The notes under the pieces: generated by a model
Told to the model about the DNA's origin: nothing
The model's database searches: none
What the model saw: the letters and a program-made list of their open reading frames with translations, nothing else
Virus record (IMG/VR): IMGVR_UViG_3300037424_000665
Location: 41-64,040 of that record
Reading direction: 5' to 3' (one strand)
Length of the DNA stretch: 64,000 nt
Origin: a virus
Made by a program: the position numbers and the translations under genes
Shown here: in pieces, positions 9,445 to 17,266 of the stretch
Position numbering within the stretch: position 1 is the first letter of the stretch
Layout of the letters: each line of letters begins with the position of its first letter

Positions 9445-10233
9445 ATGAGCGTTGCCCGCAAATTCCGCCGTCAGCATTTGTCTTCCACGCCTATCGGCAA
9501 GGAGCCGCCGGTCCTGATTGTCAGGCCGCATAAACAGGAGGGCTTTACCTGCGAGGCCACGAGCCAGTTCCTGTCCAAAGCCTTCAAGCGGGGCATCGCC
9601 GACTACAAGTGCATGGAAGCCCGGACGCCTGACGTCGCCCGGAATCTCGCCATCCTGGAGTTTCTCAGTAATCCCATACACGCCAAAAAGACGCACCTGT
9701 TCTTCCTGGATGACGATTCGACGCCCTGGAATGATTTTGTTATCGAAAGGCTCCTGAGCCTGGATAAGCCCGTCATTGCCGGCGTGACGCCTATCTTCAG
9801 GAAGAAAGACGCCATCGACTTCAAAAAGATTCGGATGCTGATGCTCGGCGTTGTTCAAAATGAACCTGCCCAGATGGATTTGTATTGGTCGCCTATCCTG
9901 ATGAAAGCCGGCCATTTGGAGCATATCGGTATCGACGAACTGCCCAAGACGCCGTTTGTGGCCCATCGCACGGGAGGTACGTGCCTGCTGATTCGCCGTG
10001 ACGTTCTGGAAAAGCTCAAGCCGCCGTATCAGAAATTCGAGTTCGACGAGCAGCAGATCAAGCTCCTGCGGTCAGAGGACATCTACTTCGCCGATCAGAT
10101 ACGGGAGGCTGGATTCCCTATCTGGATCGACCCCGAGAGCATTTGTCATCACTTTCACGTCCTGGATATTTTGGACATGTTCGCCATAGCGATTCAGGCC
10201 AAAGAGATGGGCAAAACAGGGGAAAAAAGATAA
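9445..10233 (+). CDS. GT-A glycosyltransferase-like protein
   Basis: ARN, THLFFLDDD, GGTCLLIRRDVLE, SEDIYF, ICHH. Confidence 0.8.
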   Translation: MSVARKFRRQHLSSTPIGKEPPVLIVRPHKQEGFTCEATSQFLSKAFKRGIADYKCMEARTPDVARNLAILEFLSNPIHAKKTHLFFLDDDSTPWNDFVIERLLSLDKPVIAGVTPIFRKKDAIDFKKIRMLMLGVVQNEPAQMDLYWSPILMKAGHLEHIGIDELPKTPFVAHRTGGTCLLIRRDVLEKLKPPYQKFEFDEQQIKLLRSEDIYFADQIREAGFPIWIDPESICHHFHVLDILDMFAIAIQAKEMGKTGEKR

Positions 10234-10454
10234 TGGCTGATAGGAATTTTCAATCTTCAGGAAGCCCCAAACCAGAGACGCGAGAAAGTGTGATTCATCG
10301 TATCGGTCAAGAACTTGCTGCCAAAATGCCGAACTTATACGGCAGTATAAGATTCAATTTGCAGGGCGGTCACTATGCGAACGCCAACATTGAAGAAAGC
10401 GTGAAACCTGATGGAGTATCCGGCAATGGCAAAGCCGACAAAAGAACAGGCTGA
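10233..10454 (+). CDS. Small hypothetical protein
   Basis: TAATG coupling; MADRNFQ. Confidence 0.5.
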   Translation: MADRNFQSSGSPKPETRESVIHRIGQELAAKMPNLYGSIRFNLQGGHYANANIEESVKPDGVSGNGKADKRTG

Positions 10455-10577
10455 CCAAGAATGGAAATGGAAAGTCGAATCCGCCGCGAATACCTTCAGA
10501 TAATGGGGAACTGATAAGGGGCTTTGCCTCTGCCAATACAACTGAATAACGTGTAACGAGACGATCTGAAAAACAGA

Positions 10578-10620
10578 AGCTCGTATTTCGCCTGACGGCG
10601 AGATGCGGGCTTTTTTTATT
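10578..10620 (+). terminator. Intrinsic terminator
   Basis: AAGCTCGTATTTCGCC-TGAC-GGCGAGATGCGGGCTT followed by T-tract. Confidence 0.65.
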
Positions 10621-10786
10621 GCGCTTACGCAACCTGCGGCGGTCAACGGCAGGGCGTTACGGCAACGCAACATTGTGCCGGGTCGTTCACGACGCTGCGC
10701 GGTACAGCAGCCCGCAACGGCGACGGATTCGCCGGGTAACAGACGGCCAGATGTAACCCAGGCCGGGAAAAAGAAAGGGTAGCTCT

Positions 10787-11755
10787 ATGACAACTGAAAA
10801 TGAAGGTTTCGACGTGGAAAAGTTTGCTCAGGACGGACTGGATCAGGCCGGGATAAAGCCGGAAGAGACGACGGCAGACGATCAAGTGCAGCAGCAGCCC
10901 GCAGGCGTTGTGTCTAAAACCAACCAGGAACCGGCAGGGCCGGAACCCGATGGGGCCACGCCTCAAGAGGATGAACCTAAAGAGACACCAACCGATGCGG
11001 TCCAGGCAGCATTGAAGGTTACCGAAGAGCCTCCGAAAGCCGACGAACCCGAACCTGAAGTCGAATCGACGATTGCCGAGCTCCTGCCGAAAGCCGAGGA
11101 GCCTGAAGCCAAGCCCGGACCCAAAGTGCCGCTTGATGATCATATCAAGCTGCGCCAGCGGGCCCAGCAGGCCGAGCGCGAACGCGACGAGGCCCTGCAA
11201 AGGCTGGCGGCCACGACCCAGCAACAGACCCAAGAGGTCGAGCCGCTGGAGAAGTGGACGACTGAGAATCCTGAAGATGCTCAGATAAGTCCTCCGCCGG
11301 CGTCAGTCATGCTGGCACAGAGGAAATTCGAGCAGGCTCAAGGGCGAACCAGGGCCGAGGCGCAGCGCAGGGCCGATGAGGCCGAAGCGGGCCGCCGGCA
11401 GGCAATGGCAGGCATTCAAGCCAAAGCCTCGAAAGCTCAGGAGTCGGAAAAGTCCTTTCGGGCTTCTCACCCGGACTATACCAAGGTAACTAAGGCGGCC
11501 CTCAAAGCCAATTTGCTCAGCAAAGAGGAAAGAGACGCCGTCCTGGACGCCGAGAATCCCGGTCAGGAGCTTTACGACCTGGCAAAGGCCAAATTGACCG
11601 CCATCCAGGAAGGGCTGGGCATTACTACTCCCACAGCGGAACCGCAACCAAAACCAGCGGGCAACCAGACGCCGGCTACAGGGGCTCCCGGAGAAGAACC
11701 GGAATTGAGTGATGACGACATCTTCGACGAGGTCTTCAAAGACAAACCCCGATAG
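10787..11755 (+). CDS. Capsid scaffolding protein
   Basis: Acidic, low-complexity, coiled-coil; VPL..HIKLRQR; short acidic C-terminal helix; immediately upstream of capsid gene. Confidence 0.75.
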   Translation: MTTENEGFDVEKFAQDGLDQAGIKPEETTADDQVQQQPAGVVSKTNQEPAGPEPDGATPQEDEPKETPTDAVQAALKVTEEPPKADEPEPEVESTIAELLPKAEEPEAKPGPKVPLDDHIKLRQRAQQAERERDEALQRLAATTQQQTQEVEPLEKWTTENPEDAQISPPPASVMLAQRKFEQAQGRTRAEAQRRADEAEAGRRQAMAGIQAKASKAQESEKSFRASHPDYTKVTKAALKANLLSKEERDAVLDAENPGQELYDLAKAKLTAIQEGLGITTPTAEPQPKPAGNQTPATGAPGEEPELSDDDIFDEVFKDKPR

Positions 11756-11794
11756 TCCGTGTTCTGAGTGCTTGCTGGGGGAGTAACGAAAACA

Positions 11795-12988
11795 ATGGCA
11801 AGTACAACCTTTCAGCGAGGCTCGACACATACGAACCTCGTTCCTCAGAAGTGGTCCGCACAGGACTACAAATTCGCATTTGAGGCCAATCCTCTGGCCC
11901 AGTACATCGGGCCTGGGGACGGCATGGTCGTTCAAGTCAATAAGGATTTCACCAAGGAAAAAGGCGACAGGCTCACCTTCGGACTCCGCGCCTTGCTGTC
12001 CGGCGACGGTCAAACCGACGACGGAACTTACGCCAACAACTCCGAAGGCATGACGTTCTACGATATGAGCGTCGATCTCCATGAGCGAGGCCATTCCGTG
12101 GCGCTCTCGGGCAATATGACCGAGCAGGCGGCCTGGAAGAACCTGCGGCCCCAGGGGATGCAGGCACTGCGAGAGTGGGACGGTATGGTACAGTGCGCCG
12201 ACATTATCGCGGCCCTGTCCGGCCTGACCACCAAGAAGCACATCGCAGGCCGGATCACCGGTGCCAATGCCGTCAACGCGGCTGCGGCGCAGATCGGAAC
12301 CGTCAACCAGGTCAGTCTGACCAAAGGTGCGACGGCGACGCGATGGTTCGGCGGGGGCCAGAACTCCAGCGGAACCATTGCCAGGGTCGCTACCGACTCG
12401 GCGATCAACTCGACCTCCAATCACTTGTTCGGCACGGACGTTATCGAGTACCTCTGCCGAATGGCGAAAAAGACGGTCGATGGCTCCGGCAACGCGGTCA
12501 ATCCCATCCGGCCCATCATGGTCAATGGCGAGCCGTGGTATCTGATGCTCATCGACCTGCTGCAAAAGAAGCAGCTTCAGGCAGATACCAAGTGGAAGAA
12601 CGCTCTACAGAACGCCCTTCCGCGAGGGACCAAAGACCACTGGCTGTTCAACGGCGCCGACGGTCTCTGGAACCAGGTGGTCATCAAGAGCACCGACTGG
12701 CTGCATCGCCGGACGGGTGCGGGCGGCATTCTCGCTACGGAGTATTTCGACACCACCGGCGACGCCTGCGCCTCCGGCTTCACCGTGGCGCGTGGCTTGT
12801 TCCTCGGCGCTCAGGCGGCCTGCCTGGCGTGGGGAAAGGCCCCGACCTGGAAGACGGGTTACAGCGACCCGCCTCACGACACCAAGTACACGGTCCATAC
12901 GGATAAAATTTTTGGTGTCAAGAAATCCGTGTTCAATTCCGTGGAACTCGGCTGCATCGTCTGTGATACAGCGGTGATCGGGGATTGA
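11795..12988 (+). CDS. Major capsid protein (N4-gp56/DUF4043-like HK97 fold)
   Basis: KDFTKEKGDRLTF.L...LSGDG, IRPIMVNGE.WY, DTKW..A, LF.GADG.W, RGLFLGAQA...AWGK, G.KKSVFN. Confidence 0.85.
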   Translation: MASTTFQRGSTHTNLVPQKWSAQDYKFAFEANPLAQYIGPGDGMVVQVNKDFTKEKGDRLTFGLRALLSGDGQTDDGTYANNSEGMTFYDMSVDLHERGHSVALSGNMTEQAAWKNLRPQGMQALREWDGMVQCADIIAALSGLTTKKHIAGRITGANAVNAAAAQIGTVNQVSLTKGATATRWFGGGQNSSGTIARVATDSAINSTSNHLFGTDVIEYLCRMAKKTVDGSGNAVNPIRPIMVNGEPWYLMLIDLLQKKQLQADTKWKNALQNALPRGTKDHWLFNGADGLWNQVVIKSTDWLHRRTGAGGILATEYFDTTGDACASGFTVARGLFLGAQAACLAWGKAPTWKTGYSDPPHDTKYTVHTDKIFGVKKSVFNSVELGCIVCDTAVIGD

Positions 12989-13010
12989 TAAGTCCTTACT
13001 GTATAAGGAC

Positions 13011-13544
13011 TTACAAAAGATTATGGGCAATCCTATCACAAATAGGACACAGTGGAATGACATCCAGATAATGTTCTGGTTCATAACCTTTATAATGATG
13101 CCAGAATTTGGCTTGTTTTCCACATTGCGTGCATTTATGGAGAGAGGCGGACTCCATGTCGCCTCTCTCTATTGCATGAGAAACTGCAAGTCGTGCCTGA
13201 AATTTATCAGGATACTTCTGCCGGCGTTTTTTGTCGGAGCGTTTTCTGTAAGTCTTACCTTTCTCGCTTTGTATATAACGACGAAATCCTTTTCTGTGAG
13301 CAATCTTACCTCTTGGTGTATCCAGATAACGTCGCATCCTTATTTTGCGTTGAGGATTATTAAGGTCTCTCAGATAACTCACTTTTCCTTTCTCGCTTTG
13401 CTTGTAACGATGACTTGCTTCATTATGGCATTTTTTACATTGATTGTGCCGACCATCGTTACTCTTTTTGTTCCGTGGAAATTCCTCAAGCGGCTTAAAT
13501 TTCTTGCAGTGCGAGCATTGTTTTGTTTGAATGGCCTCAGACAT
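13011..13544 (-). CDS. Zn-binding HNH endonuclease-like protein (antisense, AT-rich moron)
   Basis: CSHCKKFKPLEEF..NKKSNDG..CKKC; CTQC...HH..Y...LDVIPLCPICD.IAH. Confidence 0.75.
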   Translation of the reverse strand: MSEAIQTKQCSHCKKFKPLEEFPRNKKSNDGRHNQCKKCHNEASHRYKQSEKGKVSYLRDLNNPQRKIRMRRYLDTPRGKIAHRKGFRRYIQSEKGKTYRKRSDKKRRQKYPDKFQARLAVSHAIERGDMESASLHKCTQCGKQAKFWHHYKGYEPEHYLDVIPLCPICDRIAHNLL

Positions 13545-13756
13545 GATCGTTTCTCCAATAAACGGTTGTGTTTAGAGCCATCTTTGCCGTTTACGCGGCG
13601 GATGGCTCGTTTTATTTCGGGCAAGTCTAACAGAAGGCGCTTCGCACGTCAAGTCAAAGATTTCGTTCTCTCGGGGCTTTGTGCCGTCGAGGGACGCTAC
13701 CTTAGTAACCGGCAGGGGTGGATAGGCTCGCCCCTGCCCATCTTTTCAGGTGGCTT

Positions 13757-14335
13757 ATGAGCATAACAGTCAGTGGCGTTCGCACACGGGTACGCCAGAT
13801 TACACGGCGAGACAACACGACGGAACTGTCGAACGATGATCTCGATGTATTGATCCTCGAAGCCTGCCGCGAGATTTCCAAGCGAACCTTCTGCCTGAAG
13901 AGCAGTACGACGGGAACCCTGGCGGGTGACGGTACGACGATCAGCAAACCGTCTGACATGGTGGATTCGGAGTCGGCGATAGATGCGTTCTATCTCGATT
14001 CCAACCTCGAAGACCCGATTAGCTTTGACGAATGGCGGGCTGGCTATGTGGCCGGCTACGCCTACAGGGACCAGACTATCCACGTCAATCCGTCCTCAAG
14101 CAATACCCGATCCTATACGCTTTATTATCGCGCCATGCACGCGGCACTCAGTACGAATCTCGAATTCGAGGACGATCTCAAGATGGCCGTTGTGTGGCTC
14201 ACTTCGAAGAGGGTCTATGAAAATTATGAACTCAACGAGCAGGCGGTGAAGGCGGAGCGCGAGTACGAGCGAGAGCTGCTCGTGAACGCACCGGTCGAAC
14301 CGACTATTTCCCGGATGAGAAAAACCCGCGAATGA
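13757..14335 (+). CDS. Head-tail adaptor (tail tubular A-like)
   Basis: Position after capsid; size; T.S..RT.VR N-terminus. Confidence 0.6.
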   Translation: MSITVSGVRTRVRQITRRDNTTELSNDDLDVLILEACREISKRTFCLKSSTTGTLAGDGTTISKPSDMVDSESAIDAFYLDSNLEDPISFDEWRAGYVAGYAYRDQTIHVNPSSSNTRSYTLYYRAMHAALSTNLEFEDDLKMAVVWLTSKRVYENYELNEQAVKAEREYERELLVNAPVEPTISRMRKTRE

Positions 14336-14346
14336 GGATATAACAC

Positions 14347-15123
14347 ATGAGTAAAACCGACCCTATCGACCCCGCAGTTCCTGCGGGCTCGGAAGACCCG
14401 AAGTTAGGCGATAACAGAATCCGTGAGTTGGCGGCCGCCGTCGCGGAAATCCTGGCCGTCGATCATTACATTGGCACCAATGGCGGAGCCGGGACGGGAT
14501 ACAACGAGGACGCGGCAGGCGAGCACGCTAAGGTGACGATCCGCAACGGTTCGGCCCCGACGGCAGCGGCGGGCAAAGGATTTCTGTACGTCGTCTCAGG
14601 GGAATTGTACTACAAGGACCCCAGCGGCAACGTCATTCAACTGACCAGCGGCGGCATTCTCAACAGCCTCAATCTGACCGGCAACCAGACGGCGGCGGGC
14701 GTCAAGACGTTCTCGTCTCAGGCGGCTTTTGCGGCCGGCCTGACGGCGGCGGCGGCGATTATCAGCACACTAGTTACGGGTACGGCGCCTTTCACGGTGG
14801 CCTCGACGACGAAAGTGGCAAACCTCAATGCCGACCAGGTGGACGGCTTCCACGTGACGGCCCCCGACGGCACGCAAAGTTATACTATCGCCGGTGGTTT
14901 GATTCTCAAACAGGGCCAAGCCGCTTTTTCCGGCTCAGACCTTACGGTCACTTTTGGGGAGGCGTTTCCGACGGAATGTATCCGCGTGATTGCCTGTTTG
15001 AACGACACCGCATGGTCCACAAATTACGCGCCGAAGATCATCTCGAAGAGTGCAAGTAATTTCGTCGTCAGCATGGGTAATGCAACGAGTTTGAACATCG
15101 ACTGGATTGCGATTGGTAGATGA
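14347..15123 (+). CDS. Short tail fibre / virion appendage protein
   Basis: LTGNQTAAGVKTFSS, LNADQVDG, C-terminal GGLILKQG...VTFGEAFPT..WIAIGR (gp53-like fibre tip). Confidence 0.65.
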   Translation: MSKTDPIDPAVPAGSEDPKLGDNRIRELAAAVAEILAVDHYIGTNGGAGTGYNEDAAGEHAKVTIRNGSAPTAAAGKGFLYVVSGELYYKDPSGNVIQLTSGGILNSLNLTGNQTAAGVKTFSSQAAFAAGLTAAAAIISTLVTGTAPFTVASTTKVANLNADQVDGFHVTAPDGTQSYTIAGGLILKQGQAAFSGSDLTVTFGEAFPTECIRVIACLNDTAWSTNYAPKIISKSASNFVVSMGNATSLNIDWIAIGR

Positions 15124-16952
15124 AGCGATTTGCCATATACTCGCCGACTCTCGGCCTGCGTGAGGATTATCCGGGAATCCTCTTGCAGAAGGCCCTCTTG
15201 CCCGACGCGAACTACGTACAGGTCCGTTGGGGTGAAATCTGGAAGGCCAAGATGCGGACTTCGGAACTGCTCAGGACGATTCACGCCGTGGCCTCCGTCG
15301 ATACCTCGGCCAATACGGTGACTATCAGCGGCAACGTGGTTTCGATGTACCCCAACGGGGCCGGGATTACCCTCTACGATACCGACAACGACTACGAGAC
15401 CAGCTTTACGCTTTCTACGACGGCGGCCTATAGCTCAACCTCAACGATTCTTACCGTGACCGGCGACATCACCAGTACGACGCCGGCGGACTTCGTATTC
15501 CGCAATGACGACGTGGCCTCCAGTGATCCCGCGAGCGTCGATTTCCGCAAGGTCGGCTTCCCGGACGGCAATCCTGTTCTGGACTACCAGACGTTGACGC
15601 TCTCGGACGGCACGGAGCGGTTGTGCGGCTTTACGAAGGACCATATTTACTACTGGAATACCACTCTAACCGAATGGACTTTGCTCCATACCTGCGCCTC
15701 ATCCTGCACGTTCTGGTCCACGGCCAAGTACGGCGACAATCTCTGCGCGACGAACAACGTCGATAGGCCCGTCTATTGGGACGGCAATACGGCCAATACC
15801 TTTGAGAACATCGATACGCAGTACACCTCCGCGAGCGCCGATTACGTCGCCAAGGCCAAGTTCATTGCCAGCTATCATAACTACCTCTTTTTGGGCAACG
15901 TGGAGTTATCGAACGGCAGTCGGTATCAGAGCCACGTCTATTATTCCACTATCGGCGAGGGCCTGACGGCGGGCGGCTGGCAGCAACTTGCCACCAAAGA
16001 CGCCGGCTCAGCCTACGTAGCCGGGGACGGCGAGATCACCGGCGGCTTCGGCCACTGGCAGGGCTATCTGTGCATCTTCAAGAGGCGATCTATACGCAAA
16101 TGGTGGTTCGTCGGCCTATCCATTCCCTTCGAGCAATCGGAGCTCTCGCCGGACATCGGCTGCATTGCGCCGGGTTCCGTCGGCAACGACTGGGAAGGCG
16201 ACCTGTACTTCTACGGCACGGACAAGAGCTTTCACGGCATGGCGGCAGGCAACGTCAGCCAGGCCATCGACAAGACGGCAAGAGACATCAATCCCTCCCT
16301 GCTCGAAGGCATAAGATTCCTCGCCGTCGATGAATACCGGGAGCTTCGATGGTCCGTACCCTACGGCAACTCGGCGACGGCCAATAACAAGATCGTCGTC
16401 TATGTGCCGGGCGAACGACGGTGGGACTGTGATATGGATGTCGCGGTGACGGCCTTCGGAACCTATACGCAGCAATCGAACTGGACGTGGGACACCCTGC
16501 CGTTCTCGTCCTGGGACGAATGGGGGTGGGACTCCTGGGACGCCATCGAGGCGTCGTCGGACTTCCCGGTGGATATTGCCGGCGACGCCAACGGTTATAC
16601 CTACGCCCTGCACGGCGGCTATCTCGATGACGGTTCAACCTACGAAAGCTCGTTCGTCCTGACGACGGACCTCGCCGACAAGCAGGCCTTGCCCTATTAC
16701 AAGAGGGTGACGCAGTTGTTCGTCTATGCGAACAAAGAGGGTACGGGCACGCTGACGCTCGAAGTCAAACGCGATAACGAGGCGAACTGGAAGTCGTTGG
16801 GCTCCGTCAATCTGACCGGGACGGAAGACGTGTTGCGCCAGCGCTTGGCCGTTGACTTCACCGGCCGGCATTTCCTCATCAGGATAACGGGGACCAGTGC
16901 CTTTCGTTTTATCGGCGTCGAGATAGAGTTTAACGTGGAGGGACATCGCTGA
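15120..16952 (+). CDS. Tail nozzle / packaged-DNA stabilisation protein (P22 gp10 / T7 gp12-like)
   Basis: Beta-propeller-like repeats, GCIAPGSV, C-terminal GRHFLIRI; position in tail module. Confidence 0.65.
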   Translation: MKRFAIYSPTLGLREDYPGILLQKALLPDANYVQVRWGEIWKAKMRTSELLRTIHAVASVDTSANTVTISGNVVSMYPNGAGITLYDTDNDYETSFTLSTTAAYSSTSTILTVTGDITSTTPADFVFRNDDVASSDPASVDFRKVGFPDGNPVLDYQTLTLSDGTERLCGFTKDHIYYWNTTLTEWTLLHTCASSCTFWSTAKYGDNLCATNNVDRPVYWDGNTANTFENIDTQYTSASADYVAKAKFIASYHNYLFLGNVELSNGSRYQSHVYYSTIGEGLTAGGWQQLATKDAGSAYVAGDGEITGGFGHWQGYLCIFKRRSIRKWWFVGLSIPFEQSELSPDIGCIAPGSVGNDWEGDLYFYGTDKSFHGMAAGNVSQAIDKTARDINPSLLEGIRFLAVDEYRELRWSVPYGNSATANNKIVVYVPGERRWDCDMDVAVTAFGTYTQQSNWTWDTLPFSSWDEWGWDSWDAIEASSDFPVDIAGDANGYTYALHGGYLDDGSTYESSFVLTTDLADKQALPYYKRVTQLFVYANKEGTGTLTLEVKRDNEANWKSLGSVNLTGTEDVLRQRLAVDFTGRHFLIRITGTSAFRFIGVEIEFNVEGHR

Positions 16953-17266
16953 TGCACGCTCCGGTTTCCATCCAGGTTCAGCCCGCGATTGTCCTGCCGG
17001 GAGATTCCGACCAGGTCCGCGACTTGAAGAACAAGCTCAACGAGGTCATTCGCAAGTTTGACGAGGTCTATCGGCTACTGCGGGCGGATGTGATGATTAT
17101 GGATTTCCGCCAGTTGCCACCGCACGCGGGTATTGACCACGCCTCCTGGAAACTTTACGAGAACCCTTCGACCGGCGATCTGGAACTCTGGCATCGCACC
17201 GATAGCACTTGGGCGAAAAGTTACTGGGACATTCTTGGCGACAAAACTCGTCGGCCTACGGTATGA
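16952..17266 (+). CDS. Small virion-module hypothetical protein
   Basis: TGATG coupling. Confidence 0.5.
   Translation: MHAPVSIQVQPAIVLPGDSDQVRDLKNKLNEVIRKFDEVYRLLRADVMIMDFRQLPPHAGIDHASWKLYENPSTGDLELWHRTDSTWAKSYWDILGDKTRRPTV

Noticed and set aside
11303-12565. 420-aa minus-strand ORF and similar long antisense ORFs
   Set aside because: Shadows of high-GC scaffold and capsid coding sequence, with no recognisable motifs.
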